Source of the DNA: Bacteroidota bacterium
GTDB taxonomy: Bacteria > Bacteroidota > Bacteroidia > Flavobacteriales > Flavobacteriaceae
NCBI GenBank assembly: GCA_031431275.1
Contig: JANPDC010000156.1
Span: 28,345-92,344 of the forward strand
Length of the DNA: 64,000 nucleotides
Direction: 5' to 3'
Shown: positions 36,994 through 47,415 of the stretch, piece by piece
How the letters are laid out: each line of letters starts with the position of its first letter
Position numbering within the stretch: the first letter of the stretch is position 1
The notes under the pieces: generated by a model
Seen by the model: the letters and a program-made list of their open reading frames with translations, nothing else
Databases searched by the model: none
Told to the model about the DNA's origin: nothing
Position numbers and translations under genes: made by a program

Positions 36994-39171
36994 ATGAGTA
37001 AAAAACCAAGAAAACCGAGCAATAATACTAAAGATTTCTCGAATAAAATTATAAAAATTTTAACCCAAAATAGCAATAAAGCATACAATTATAAACAAAT
37101 TGCAGCCATTTTAGATGTTGACGATACCAAATCGAGAAACGAAATAATTCACGATTTGAAGATTCTTGCAGCATCGAAAATGATTATAGAATCTGAGCCA
37201 GGAAAATATCTTGTAAAAGCAATTTCCGAGGATTATTACGAAGGAACAATCGATATGACGGGTCGAAAAACCGCTTATTTTATTTGTCCAGAATTTGGCG
37301 AAGATGTTTTTATTCCGACCAATAATTTGAATCGAGCATTAGATAAAGATAAAGTCAAAGTTTATATTTATAATCGTAGAAAAGGAAAACGTCCAGAAGG
37401 TGAAGTTATTGAAGTTGTAGAACGACACAAAACAGATTTTGTTGGAGTTATAAATATGCAACCAAACTTTGCATTTGTAAGTACAGCAAATCCTAAAATG
37501 TATACTGATATTTTTATATCAAAAGATAATTTTGGAGAAGCAGAAAATGGCGATGTAGTTTTGGTTCACATTGACGATTGGCCAAAAAAAGCCGATTCTC
37601 CATTTGGAAAAGTAATAAAAGTTCTAGGAAAACCGGGCGAACACAATACTGAAATTCACGCAATTTTAGCAGAATATGGTTTACCATCAGAATTTCCGAT
37701 AGAAGTCGAAACATTTGCGCAAAATATTGATACTTCTATTCAAGAATCTGAAATTGCAAAACGTCGTGATATGCGACAAACTTTAACTTTTACTATCGAT
37801 CCTAAAGATGCAAAAGATTTTGATGATGCACTGTCTTTCAAAGTTTTAGAAAACGGAAATTATGAAATAGGAATTCATATTGCCGATGTTTCGCATTATT
37901 TACAAGAAGGAACAATTCTTGACGACGAAGCCTATAATCGTGCAACATCAGTCTATTTAGTAGATAGAGTTGTGCCAATGTTGCCCGAAGTTTTATCTAA
38001 TTTTGCTTGTTCGTTGCGACCAAATGAAGAAAAATATACGTTTTCGGCAATTTTTGAATTAGATAAAAAAGCAACAATAAAAAACCAATGGTTTGGTCGA
38101 ACGGTTATCGATTCGAACCAACGATTTTCGTATGAAGAAGCGCAGTTTATAATTGAGACTAAAGAAAATATAATTCCGTTAGAAACTTCAATTACTGGTG
38201 CATCTTATAAAGTTTCAGACGAAATTGTTTTTGCAACTTTAAAACTCGATGAATTAGCCAAAATTATGCGTGAAAAACGTATGAACGATGGTGCAATTTC
38301 ATTTGATAAAGTCGAAGTTAAATTTAATTTATCCGAAACTGGAAATCCAGAAGGTGTTTATTTCAAGCAAAGTAAAGATTCTAATCATTTAATTGAAGAA
38401 TTTATGCTTTTGGCAAATAAGAAAGTTGCAGAATATATTGGCAAACAAAAAAAGACTTTTATTTATAGAATTCACGACGAACCCAACGAAGATAAATTAT
38501 TGGCAATGTCAGAATTGATTAAGAAATTTGGATATTCTGTCGATTTTAATTCAGGTTCGGTAGCTCATGCTTTGAATGAATTAATGAAAGAAGTTCAAGG
38601 CAAAAAAGAACAAAACTTGATTGATACATTAGCGATTCGTTCTATGAGTAAAGCCGTTTATTCAACCGAAAATATTGGTCATTACGGATTATCATTCGAT
38701 TATTATAGTCATTTTACATCGCCAATTCGTCGTTATCCAGATGTTATGGTGCACCGTTTATTGCAATTTTATTTAGATGCTGGAAAATCTGTTAATCAAG
38801 AATTGTATGAATCTAAATGTTTGCATTGTTCACAAATGGAAGGTTTAGCAACCAAAGCCGAACGCGATTCTGTGAAATATATGCAAATAAAGTATATGAA
38901 AGACCATATGGACCAAGAGTTTCTTGGTGTAATTTCTGGAGTTACTGAATTTGGAATTTTCGTAGAAATCATTGAAAATAAATGCGAAGGAATGGTTCGA
39001 ATTCGTGAAATAAAAGATGATTATTTTGTATTTGACGAAAAACAATATGCGCTTGTTGGACAAACCACTAAAAATATTTTACAATTAGGAGACGAAATTT
39101 ACGTTAAAGTAAAAACTGCCGATTTAGTCAAGAAACAATTGGATTTTTATTATTTGAGGAGAAGTAATTAA
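36994..39171 (+). CDS. rnr: Ribonuclease R
   Basis: Cold-shock-like N-terminal domains, the RNB core (TIDPKDAKDFDDALS; HIADVSHY; HYGL....YSHFTSPIRRYPD..VHR) and a C-terminal S1 domain. Confidence 0.95.
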   Translation: MSKKPRKPSNNTKDFSNKIIKILTQNSNKAYNYKQIAAILDVDDTKSRNEIIHDLKILAASKMIIESEPGKYLVKAISEDYYEGTIDMTGRKTAYFICPEFGEDVFIPTNNLNRALDKDKVKVYIYNRRKGKRPEGEVIEVVERHKTDFVGVINMQPNFAFVSTANPKMYTDIFISKDNFGEAENGDVVLVHIDDWPKKADSPFGKVIKVLGKPGEHNTEIHAILAEYGLPSEFPIEVETFAQNIDTSIQESEIAKRRDMRQTLTFTIDPKDAKDFDDALSFKVLENGNYEIGIHIADVSHYLQEGTILDDEAYNRATSVYLVDRVVPMLPEVLSNFACSLRPNEEKYTFSAIFELDKKATIKNQWFGRTVIDSNQRFSYEEAQFIIETKENIIPLETSITGASYKVSDEIVFATLKLDELAKIMREKRMNDGAISFDKVEVKFNLSETGNPEGVYFKQSKDSNHLIEEFMLLANKKVAEYIGKQKKTFIYRIHDEPNEDKLLAMSELIKKFGYSVDFNSGSVAHALNELMKEVQGKKEQNLIDTLAIRSMSKAVYSTENIGHYGLSFDYYSHFTSPIRRYPDVMVHRLLQFYLDAGKSVNQELYESKCLHCSQMEGLATKAERDSVKYMQIKYMKDHMDQEFLGVISGVTEFGIFVEIIENKCEGMVRIREIKDDYFVFDEKQYALVGQTTKNILQLGDEIYVKVKTADLVKKQLDFYYLRRSN

Positions 39172-39241
39172 AAGAAGGTATAGTTATTGATCTTATTTGA
39201 TTGAGGTAATTTATTATTATAACTTTTTAAATATAAATACT

Positions 39242-39913
39242 ATGAAAAAGATATTTTTTATAACTTTTACAGTAATTTTTAATTACAGTTTTAGCCAAAT
39301 TACTAAAGATATTGGTGAGTTTAACAAAGTAACCTCATTTGATAAAATTGACGTTTTACTAATAAAATCTGATGCAAACAAGATTATCATAAATGGATCT
39401 GATGCAAACGAAGTTGAATTAATAAATAAAAATGGAGAACTAAAAATTAGAATGCCATTATCAAAATCTTTTAATGGAGATAATATTTCTGCAACAGTTT
39501 TTTATACTAATTTAGATTCTGTTGAAGCCAATGAAGAATCTAAAATTGCTTCTGAAGAAACTATAGAATCTATTGATTTTATGATTATTACTAAAGAAGG
39601 TGGTGAAGTTGATCTAAAAATAAATACTGAAAAAATAAATGCTAGAGCATCTTCTGGATCACGAATTATTTTAGAAGGAATTGCAAAAAATCAAGATATA
39701 GTATTGAATTCTGGAGGAATTTATAAAGCAAGTAAATTACAATCAGATCAAATCATAATAGCAGTAAATGCTGGAGGAAGAGCAGAAATAAAGGCAAAAA
39801 ATCTTGTAGACGCAAAAGTGCGTGCTGGAGGAAAAATAATTATTTATGGCAAGCCTAAACAAATTAATCAAAAAACGTTTCTTGGAGGTACTATAGAAGA
39901 GTTTAAAAATTAA
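39242..39913 (+). CDS. DUF2807 / head-GIN-domain protein (secreted beta-helix)
   Basis: Signal peptide from the internal ATG (MKKIFFITF). Repeated strands (IDVLLIKSDANKIIINGSDA.., RIILEGIAKNQDIVLNSGG, AEIKAKNLVDAKVRAGG). Confidence 0.7.
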   Translation: MKKIFFITFTVIFNYSFSQITKDIGEFNKVTSFDKIDVLLIKSDANKIIINGSDANEVELINKNGELKIRMPLSKSFNGDNISATVFYTNLDSVEANEESKIASEETIESIDFMIITKEGGEVDLKINTEKINARASSGSRIILEGIAKNQDIVLNSGGIYKASKLQSDQIIIAVNAGGRAEIKAKNLVDAKVRAGGKIIIYGKPKQINQKTFLGGTIEEFKN

Positions 39914-39947
39914 TTTAGTATTTTTGATATAATTCAAAAGAAAAAAT

Positions 39948-40643
39948 ATGGTTCAAGATGTACTTATGGCGATTCCTTTAGGAGTTTTGTTGTGTTTTTT
40001 AGTAGGTCCTGCTTTTTTTATAGTATTAGAAACGGCTGCAACAAAAGGATTTAGAGCGGCATTAGTTTTTGATTTAGGAGTTGTAACGGCTGATTTTGCC
40101 TTTATTGCAATAGCCGTTTTTTCGAGTTACAGATTGATAAATTCTATAAAAGACGAACCAGCATTGTATATTTTTGGAGGTTTAATTATGATAACTTATG
40201 GAATAATATCGTATCTAAAACTGAAAAAAAACTCAAAAAACAATGATGAAAGTGATGAAAGTATTCAACTTGAATTAGTTAAAAAAGATTATCGAAGTCT
40301 TTATTTTAAAGGCTTTTTCTTAAATTTTATAAATGTCGGAGTTCTTGGTTTTTGGTTTTTAATATTTCTAACTTTTGGACCTGTTTTAGAGTTAAAAACA
40401 TCAAGATTATTATTATTTTTTTCTTCGGTAATTATAACCTATTTATTAGTTGATATTGTAAAAATGGTTTTAGCTAAAAAATTAAAAAGTAAAATGACTT
40501 CATCAAATATTTTAAAAATAAAAAAAATAACTAGTCTTTTATTAATAGTTTTTGGAGTTTCTATAATGTTACAAGGTTGGTTTCCAAGTGACCAAAAATT
40601 TGTAAAAAAAGCATTAGAGAAAATTGAACCAAAAGAGAAATAA
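39948..40643 (+). CDS. LysE-family amino-acid exporter
   Basis: Six hydrophobic helices. N-terminus GPAFFIVLETAATKGFRAAL is typical of LysE/RhtB. Confidence 0.78.
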   Translation: MVQDVLMAIPLGVLLCFLVGPAFFIVLETAATKGFRAALVFDLGVVTADFAFIAIAVFSSYRLINSIKDEPALYIFGGLIMITYGIISYLKLKKNSKNNDESDESIQLELVKKDYRSLYFKGFFLNFINVGVLGFWFLIFLTFGPVLELKTSRLLLFFSSVIITYLLVDIVKMVLAKKLKSKMTSSNILKIKKITSLLLIVFGVSIMLQGWFPSDQKFVKKALEKIEPKEK

Positions 40644-40693
40644 AATTTTTATATTTGGAATAAAATGTTATTTTTGCAATCCGCTATTATAAT

Positions 40694-40764
40694 GGCGTCG
40701 TGGCCGAGCGGCTAGGCTGGGCTCTGCAAAAGCTCCTACTCCGGTTCGAATCCGGACGATGCCT
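40694..40764 (+). tRNA. tRNA-Cys (GCA)
   Basis: Folded by hand. Acceptor GGCGTCG/CGATGCC (one G-U pair). D arm with a G13-A22 mismatch. Anticodon stem GGGCT/AGCTC with loop CTGCAAA. T arm TCCGG-TTCGAAT-CCGGA. U73 discriminator. No encoded CCA. Confidence 0.93.
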
Positions 40765-40766
40765 CT

Positions 40767-40796
40767 AAAACCTTCAAAGAAATTTGAAGGTTTTTT
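40767..40796. terminator. Bidirectional rho-independent terminator (tRNA-Cys on + / folB on -)
   Basis: aaaaccttcaaa-gaaa-tttgaaggtttttt. Confidence 0.75.
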
Positions 40797-40827
40797 GTTT
40801 AGTGTTAAAATTTTAAAGATAATTTTT

Positions 40828-41190
40828 TTAAAATTTCCTAAATCTTTCAATTTCAATCGTAACTTCTTGAACATCGCCACCAATGGGAGGATTTAATTTA
40901 GAAACAGCCACCTTTATAAAAGTTAAACTTGAAATTTTATCCATTGAACTATCAATAATTCGTCTAGCAACATTTTCTAATAAATTGGCTCTTATCGACA
41001 TTTCATCGACAACAATTTGATTTAAAAGTACATAATCGACTGTATCTTTGAGATCATCAGAAATTTCCGATTTTGATAAATCAGTTTCGATTTCAAGATC
41101 TACACGATAGTTTGAACCTATTTTGCTTTCTTCAATCAAACATCCATGATAAGAAAATGTACGAATGTTTGATAGTTTTATTTTGCCCAT
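40828..41190 (-). CDS. folB: Dihydroneopterin aldolase
   Basis: 120 aa; HGC..EE...G....VDL.......S...DDL.DTVDY. Confidence 0.85.
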   Translation of the reverse strand: MGKIKLSNIRTFSYHGCLIEESKIGSNYRVDLEIETDLSKSEISDDLKDTVDYVLLNQIVVDEMSIRANLLENVARRIIDSSMDKISSLTFIKVAVSKLNPPIGGDVQEVTIEIERFRKF

Positions 41191-41317
41191 TTTTAAGTTT
41201 ATTTTCTTGTTATGTCATAGAGTTATTTGATTTTAAATCATTTTTTATCAAATAACCAAATTAACGATTAACCAAATTAACAACATTTATTTATCTTTGC
41301 TAAAATAAAACAAAATA

Positions 41318-43417
41318 ATGTCTACAGAAGATAAATCTTTAAATTTCCTTGAACAAATAATAGAAGACAGTTTATCAAGTGGTTTTCCTCAAAATAAATT
41401 ACGTTTTCGTTTTCCGCCCGAGCCAAATGGATATTTACACATTGGTCACGCCAAGTCAATTTGCTTGAATTTCGGTTTAGGAATCAAGTACGATGCGCCT
41501 GTAAATCTGCGTTTTGACGATACTAATCCAGCAAAAGAAGAGCAAGAATATGTAGATGCAATCAAAGAAGATTTACAATGGTTAGGTTTCAATTGGGCAG
41601 AAGAACGCTATGCATCTGACTATTTCCAACAGTTGTATGATTGGGCTGTTTTGATGATAAAAAACGGAAAAGCCTATGTAGATTCTCAATCTTCGGAAGA
41701 TATGGCAAATCAAAAAGGAACACCAACACAACCAGGAGTTGATGGACCTTTTCGCAATAGATCTATTGATGAAAATTTGACTTTATTTGAAGCAATGAAA
41801 AATGGTGATTTCGAAGAAGGAAAACACGTTTTGAGGGCCAAAATCGATATGAGTTCTAAAAATATGTTAATGCGTGATCCATTGATTTATAGAGTTTTGC
41901 ATCGTCATCATCACAGAACTGGAAATGATTGGAAAATTTATCCAATGTATGATTTTGCCCATGGCGAAAGTGACTATATTGAACAAATTTCACATTCTAT
42001 TTGTACTTTAGAATTTGTGATGCACCGCGAATTGTATAATTGGTTTTTGGATCAGATTTATGATGATAATAAAGTTCGTCCAAACCAATATGAATTCGCT
42101 CGCTTGAATTTGAATTATACAGTAATGAGCAAACGAAAGTTACTACAATTAGTTCAAGATAAAGTAGTTAATGGTTGGGATGATCCTAGAATGCCTACCA
42201 TTTCTGGTTTGCGTCGTCGTGGTTATACAGCCAAATCTATCAGAAACTTTTGTGAAACAATTGGAGTTGCCAAACGTGAAAATATTATTGATGTATCGCT
42301 TTTAGATTTTTGTTTGCGTGAAGATTTGAATAAAACTGCACCAAGAGTTATGGCAGTTTTAGATCCAATAAAATTGGTAATCACTAATTATCCAGCAGAT
42401 AAAGTTGAAATTCTTGATGCTGAAAATAACCAAGAAGATGAAAGTGCAGGTTTCAGAAAAGTACCATTTTCAAGAGAATTATATATTGAAAAAGAAGATT
42501 TTCTTGAAGTTGCACCAGCCAAATTTTTCAGGTTGAGTGTTGGTAACGAAGTGCGTCTAAAAAATGGTTATATCATTAAAGGAGAATCGGTTACAAAAGA
42601 TTCTAATGGAAACATTACCGAAATTCAAGCATCTTATGACCCAGATTCTAAATCAGGAAGTGGCACCGAAGCCAGTATGCGACGAGTTGCTGGAACCTTG
42701 CATTGGGTTTCAATAAATCACGCTATTGAAGCCGAAGTTCGATTATATGACAGATTGTTTATTGACGAAGCACCAGACAGTCACAAAGAAAAGAATTTCT
42801 TGGAATTTATGAATACATCTTCGTTAGAAACCGTAAAAGGATTTGTAGAGCCAAGTTTGGCTGATGGAAAAGTTGGCGACCAATTTCAGTTTCAACGTTT
42901 GGGTTATTTTATTGTTGATAAAGACACAACTACTTCAAAATTAGTATTTAACAAGACAGTTGGACTCAAAGACGCTTGGGAAGAAAAAGGTAAAAAAGAA
43001 GAAAATTTATTGATGAATTCTTTAAAAGAGATTAATAAATATTTTAGACTTGATTATAAAGAAAGAAGAGTTATACAAAACACAATTAAAGAAAATATTA
43101 AAAGCATTCAAAATTTTAGTTTACTAATAAATTCAATCAACAAAAATATTAGTAATAATAAAAGTTCATTGTTGTTTGCAAATTTTATTTTGAAATATTC
43201 TGATAAAATAAAATATTCTGATTTAGAAGAAGAATCTATAATTAAATTATATAACATGTCTATTAAGAGTGAATCCTCTTTTGTTAGATACGAAGGAATT
43301 AAAAATTTAAAAAGTGATTCAGAAAATTTGAAAAATTTTCAAACGCAACTTTCTGAATTGAAAAATTCGGAGAAAAATGATAAAGTTTTAGAATTGTTAC
43401 AAAATATAAAGACATAG
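41318..43417 (+). CDS. glnS: Glutamine--tRNA ligase with a ~135-aa C-terminal extension
   Basis: RFRFPPEPNGYLHIGHAK (HIGH) and VMSKRKL (KMSKS). The canonical C-terminus ...FNKTVGLKDAWEEKG falls at about aa 560, but the frame stays open to aa 699. Confidence 0.95.
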   Translation: MSTEDKSLNFLEQIIEDSLSSGFPQNKLRFRFPPEPNGYLHIGHAKSICLNFGLGIKYDAPVNLRFDDTNPAKEEQEYVDAIKEDLQWLGFNWAEERYASDYFQQLYDWAVLMIKNGKAYVDSQSSEDMANQKGTPTQPGVDGPFRNRSIDENLTLFEAMKNGDFEEGKHVLRAKIDMSSKNMLMRDPLIYRVLHRHHHRTGNDWKIYPMYDFAHGESDYIEQISHSICTLEFVMHRELYNWFLDQIYDDNKVRPNQYEFARLNLNYTVMSKRKLLQLVQDKVVNGWDDPRMPTISGLRRRGYTAKSIRNFCETIGVAKRENIIDVSLLDFCLREDLNKTAPRVMAVLDPIKLVITNYPADKVEILDAENNQEDESAGFRKVPFSRELYIEKEDFLEVAPAKFFRLSVGNEVRLKNGYIIKGESVTKDSNGNITEIQASYDPDSKSGSGTEASMRRVAGTLHWVSINHAIEAEVRLYDRLFIDEAPDSHKEKNFLEFMNTSSLETVKGFVEPSLADGKVGDQFQFQRLGYFIVDKDTTTSKLVFNKTVGLKDAWEEKGKKEENLLMNSLKEINKYFRLDYKERRVIQNTIKENIKSIQNFSLLINSINKNISNNKSSLLFANFILKYSDKIKYSDLEEESIIKLYNMSIKSESSFVRYEGIKNLKSDSENLKNFQTQLSELKNSEKNDKVLELLQNIKT

Positions 43418-43430
43418 TTTTTATATATCA

Positions 43431-43457
43431 AAAAATCCACTTTTGAGTGGATTTTTC
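43431..43457 (+). terminator. Rho-independent terminator of glnS
   Basis: aaaaatccac-ttttga-gtggattttt. Confidence 0.7.
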
Positions 43458-43632
43458 TATTATTGATTTTTTCTATTTGAATTTAAAAAAGAATCAGTTT
43501 TTCTTTTAAAAACGGCTTTCATATATCAATTTTAAAACATTTTCAAAAAAGGCTAAAGTGTTTTTATGTTTTTAAAAACATCTTTTCTTTAATCGCTTTA
43601 TTTGAGTTTTTGATTAAGTTTTGAATAAAACC

Positions 43633-43672
43633 AAAAAAAAATTCGTTCCGAGATTCCGAAACGAATTTTTTT
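43633..43672 (-). terminator. Rho-independent terminator of the SPFH gene
   Basis: aattcgtt...aacgaatt stem with a T8 run on the minus strand. Confidence 0.6.
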
Positions 43673-43689
43673 ATTTAATCTAAAGAAAA

Positions 43690-44676
43690 TTATTCCTTAA
43701 TTTCATTTGCTTCAGAAGTATCACTCGGATTGTAATCAGTAGCAGTATGATCTTTTGATTTCACTCTTTTAGGCTGTTTTTTCATTTGCTCACCAATAAT
43801 GTTTGAAGTTGTAAAACTTGTAACCATGGTGTTCAACATGTCGCTAGCCGCTTGCGGAGAATTTGGCAACAAAATCAAGTTTGAATTAGTGTCTGCACCA
43901 ATAGCTTGCAAGGTATCATAATGCTGAGTAATTACAATTAACGCTGATGCTTCTTGAGAATTGATTCCCACTTCGTTTAAAACTTCCACACTTTCTACTA
44001 ATCCACGAGCAATTTCACGACGTTGGTCCGCAATACCTTGACCTTGTAATTTTTTACTTTCAGCTTCAGCTTTTGCTTTTGCAACAATTCTAATACGTTG
44101 TGCTTCAGACTCAAACATCGCTGCAGTTTTTTCTCTTTCAGCAGCGTTAATTCTGTTCATCGCATTTTTTACTTGAATGTCTGGATCAATATCAGTTACC
44201 AAAGTATTTATGATATCGTAACCATAGGTCGTCATGGCCTCGTTTAATTCGCGTTTCACAGCAACTGCAATATCGTCTTTTCTCAAGAAAACATCATCAA
44301 GAATTAGTTTAGGAACTTCAGCACGAACTACATCAAAAACATAGGCAGTTATTTGGTCGTGCGGATATTCTAATTTGTAAAAAGCGTCATAAACATTCTC
44401 AGTTAATACTTTAAATTGAACCGAAACTTTCATTTTAATAAAAACATTATCTTTTGTTTGAGTTTCAATAATAACATCTAATTGTTGAATTTTTAGATTT
44501 ACACGACCAGCGATTTTGTCAATAACTGGTAATTTGAGTTGCAATCCAGATTGTCTGATGCCGATAAATTTCCCGAAACGTTCCACAACAACTGCTGTTT
44601 GTTGTTTTACCGTAAAAAAACTTGAAAAGAAGATGAATAGTCCGAAAACTAAAAATGCAATTAAAAATGGATCCAT
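43690..44676 (-). CDS. SPFH/Band-7 (stomatin/prohibitin-like) membrane protein
   Basis: N-terminal TM helix, then VVERFGKF......GL....P.ID, an A/E/K-rich helix, and a polar tail. Confidence 0.9.
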   Translation of the reverse strand: MDPFLIAFLVFGLFIFFSSFFTVKQQTAVVVERFGKFIGIRQSGLQLKLPVIDKIAGRVNLKIQQLDVIIETQTKDNVFIKMKVSVQFKVLTENVYDAFYKLEYPHDQITAYVFDVVRAEVPKLILDDVFLRKDDIAVAVKRELNEAMTTYGYDIINTLVTDIDPDIQVKNAMNRINAAEREKTAAMFESEAQRIRIVAKAKAEAESKKLQGQGIADQRREIARGLVESVEVLNEVGINSQEASALIVITQHYDTLQAIGADTNSNLILLPNSPQAASDMLNTMVTSFTTSNIIGEQMKKQPKRVKSKDHTATDYNPSDTSEANEIKE

Positions 44677-44815
44677 GATTTATATTTATTTGTTTATAGT
44701 ATTTATACGCAGGAATTATAAAAAAGTTACAAAAACAAAATAAAGCCGAATATTTAATCGTTTAGTTGTTTTTTATAAATTAAATTTGCCAAAAATATTT
44801 ATTAAAAATATACAA

Positions 44816-46255
44816 ATGAAAAAAATTGCATTAATTACAACATTGTTTATTTCGGTTTTGGCTTCTGCACAAACCACAATTGTTGAAGAAAAAATCGAAA
44901 AAGGGAAAAACCCATCTTTTTTATTTTTAGATCAAACGAATCAATTTATGATCACCAAAGGATCAAATTCAACTGGATTGGCTGTTTATAGTGAATTTAC
45001 TGAACTAAATTCTTATGATGAAACAGGTTCTAAAAAGGAGATTATAAAAAACGAAAAACTCATGGGTCTTTTTTTATCAACTTCAGAGAAAGCGATTTTA
45101 TCAGTTGATTTATCAGATGGACTTTATAGCTCTAAATGTAAATATTTTATTGACGGAAAAACTAGAGTTCTAAGTAAAGCGGAACTAAAAGAATCTAAAA
45201 TCAATATTTTATCTGGGAAAACTACATTTAATTCTAAATATGAGTATAATCTGCAAAATCAGAAAGGTAATCTTGATATTGACCTCAAAAAAGATGAATT
45301 AAATTTTGTTGTAACCGATATTTTTTCACGAAAAGCCAATACTTATAAAATAGAAAAACCAAGTTTAGATAAACTTATTGGTGAAAACTATATTAAACCA
45401 GAAGAGAAACTAGGTTGTATTTTAGTTTCAAATTTTGATGAAACTGTTGATTTGGTCACAAAATCAATCTCCAAGGACTACACAAAAACTATTTTATATA
45501 AAACTAGAATATCAAATGAAGGAAAGAAAGTAAATGAGGTGGCTTTTGAAATGTCTATTCCAAATCAAGCATTTATATATTCGTTTAACAATGGTGGTTT
45601 TATTACATTTGGTGGATATGGTGGAAAATTTCTACATTTTTATGATGATTTATGGATTAATAACTTCATTGAGGACAAGAATAATGGAGATATTTACATC
45701 TATGGTTTATTTTCAGATAAAGCGACTAAACTCAACGGAAATGCAAAACCCAAAGGATATTATGTGTTTAAATTTGATAAAACAGGAAAAAAATTGTGGG
45801 AATCAATAAATAATTTAGTAGATAATGATTTTAATAAAAGTCACACTGTGACAACAGTTTTTGTTGACCTACATGTATTGAATAATAATGTATGTTTAAA
45901 TATACAAGTTAACGGATTAGGTGATTTTTATAATTATAATATTATTGAAAAAACTTCTGGAAAAATTATTAAAACTGAAAATATTGATATCAACGAAACT
46001 TTTTCTGACATTTCTAGTAAAGCAGATTTATTTAAAATTAGTTCAAAGTTCAAAGAAGCAAAAGAATTTAAAAATAAAAAATTTAATTTTCAAAGTTTAG
46101 TTGCTATAAACTCAAATAGTAAAATCGAAGAGTATGTAAAAAAAGTAAACTCTAAAAATGATTTGATTTTCAGTTCTTCATTTTCAGATAAAGGAGTTTG
46201 GTTGTATGAAACGGATAACAAGGAGTATTATAAAGTAACATTGTTTAAAGAGTAA
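44816..46255 (+). CDS. Secreted protein of unknown function
   Basis: Signal peptide MKKIALITTLFISVLASAQ from the ATG at 44816; the track ORF begins at an upstream TTG. Confidence 0.55.
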   Translation: MKKIALITTLFISVLASAQTTIVEEKIEKGKNPSFLFLDQTNQFMITKGSNSTGLAVYSEFTELNSYDETGSKKEIIKNEKLMGLFLSTSEKAILSVDLSDGLYSSKCKYFIDGKTRVLSKAELKESKINILSGKTTFNSKYEYNLQNQKGNLDIDLKKDELNFVVTDIFSRKANTYKIEKPSLDKLIGENYIKPEEKLGCILVSNFDETVDLVTKSISKDYTKTILYKTRISNEGKKVNEVAFEMSIPNQAFIYSFNNGGFITFGGYGGKFLHFYDDLWINNFIEDKNNGDIYIYGLFSDKATKLNGNAKPKGYYVFKFDKTGKKLWESINNLVDNDFNKSHTVTTVFVDLHVLNNNVCLNIQVNGLGDFYNYNIIEKTSGKIIKTENIDINETFSDISSKADLFKISSKFKEAKEFKNKKFNFQSLVAINSNSKIEEYVKKVNSKNDLIFSSSFSDKGVWLYETDNKEYYKVTLFKE

Positions 46256-46256
46256 C

Positions 46257-46286
46257 AAAAAAAATCCCGCAATTTGCGGGATTTTT
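46257..46286. terminator. Bidirectional terminator between convergent genes
   Basis: aaaaaatcccgc-aattt-gcgggattttt. Confidence 0.8.
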
Positions 46287-46300
46287 AGCATTACATAATT

Positions 46301-47371
46301 TTAGTTTACAACAAATATTGAATTATAGAAAATTTGTGAGTCATTGTATATAAATGAACTATCTCTCCATATTTTTTCCCAGCCTCCAGTATATATATTT
46401 CCTTGATTAGAGTAAAATACACATGTTCTTCCTCCATTGTACGTTCCAAGTATACTTACAAGATTAGTTAACTTGTTCATTTTCCATAATCTACCATCAC
46501 TTGAACCACCGCCAACACCTCCTGCTATATAAACATTTGTACCATCTCCTGTTATTCCATCTGCATGAGAATAGTTACCAACAATTGATGGTAAATTAAT
46601 TTGTACAGAATTCTTCCAAACTTTAGCTTGTCCATCAATAAAACCCGCTACATATACATCTGTAGAATCCACATAAATTGATCTACCTCTCAGAAGACCA
46701 GCATCTGTACTGGTTTGTGGAAATACATTAATGACAACGCCATTTTTCCATACTACTACTGCCTTACAACTTGTTATTCCAGTAGCATAAACATCAGAAT
46801 TATAAACGTAAATACTTTCAGCTGAACACGAATAACCAGCATAGGGAGTACCAGCAGTTGATAAAGCATACAATAAAGCATTATTTTTATAAATATCTTT
46901 ACCAGTAACAAAATATACATCATTATTATCTGTAACAATTGAAGTTACAGCAGGTGATCCAACTGGAAGCGAAAAATAATTTGTACCGTTTTTCCAAACT
47001 TTTGCACCTGATTCATCCCAAGGAGAAGAACTATTGTTTTCAAAACCTCCTACATACACATCACTCGTGTTAGATACAGAAACACTTAGTGCCCCAGAAT
47101 TATTTGATGTTGAAAGTGATGTTGTTGTTCCCTGTATTCTTAATTTTGCTGTTGGATTAAATGGCGCAACGCTAGGCATATTTGTATAAACAGCATATAA
47201 TATTTGTTTTATTGATGAAATAGGACCAGTATTAGGGTTCATCATTCTTGATGTTGAATTGTTTTCTGTAATAGTTTTTTCTGAATTAATTATAGATTCA
47301 TTAGTACAAGAAGAAAATGTGCTAATAAAACTAAGAACTAATAAAAGTTTAAAGAATTTTGAATTTCTCAT
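46301..47371 (-). CDS. Lipoprotein with ~5-6 internal repeats (VY[VA]xG ... [VI]WKNG), probably a beta-propeller
   Basis: Lipobox FSSC. Recurring units DVYVGGF..AKVWKNGT, DVYATG..VVVWKNGV, DVYVAGF..AKVWKNSV, NVYIAGG..RLWKMN and NIYTGGW.KIWRD. Confidence 0.55.
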   Translation of the reverse strand: MRNSKFFKLLLVLSFISTFSSCTNESIINSEKTITENNSTSRMMNPNTGPISSIKQILYAVYTNMPSVAPFNPTAKLRIQGTTTSLSTSNNSGALSVSVSNTSDVYVGGFENNSSSPWDESGAKVWKNGTNYFSLPVGSPAVTSIVTDNNDVYFVTGKDIYKNNALLYALSTAGTPYAGYSCSAESIYVYNSDVYATGITSCKAVVVWKNGVVINVFPQTSTDAGLLRGRSIYVDSTDVYVAGFIDGQAKVWKNSVQINLPSIVGNYSHADGITGDGTNVYIAGGVGGGSSDGRLWKMNKLTNLVSILGTYNGGRTCVFYSNQGNIYTGGWEKIWRDSSFIYNDSQIFYNSIFVVN

Positions 47372-47401
47372 TTTTGTTTTTTGTTTTTTGTTTTTTGTTT
47401 T
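47372..47401. repeat. Heptanucleotide tandem repeat (TTTTTTG)n, i.e. (CAAAAAA)n on the coding strand, abutting the lipoprotein start codon
   Basis: Perfect units at 47377-47383, 47384-47390 and 47391-47397, with partial units on both sides. The start codon is at 47369-47371. Confidence 0.9.
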
Positions 47402-47415
47402 AGAATTAATTTTTG

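Noticed and set aside
40668-40883. 71-aa minus-strand ORF in the supplied track
   Set aside because: It overlaps the well-folding tRNA-Cys (40694-40764) and its terminator, and also the folB 3' end. It is a spurious antisense ORF.
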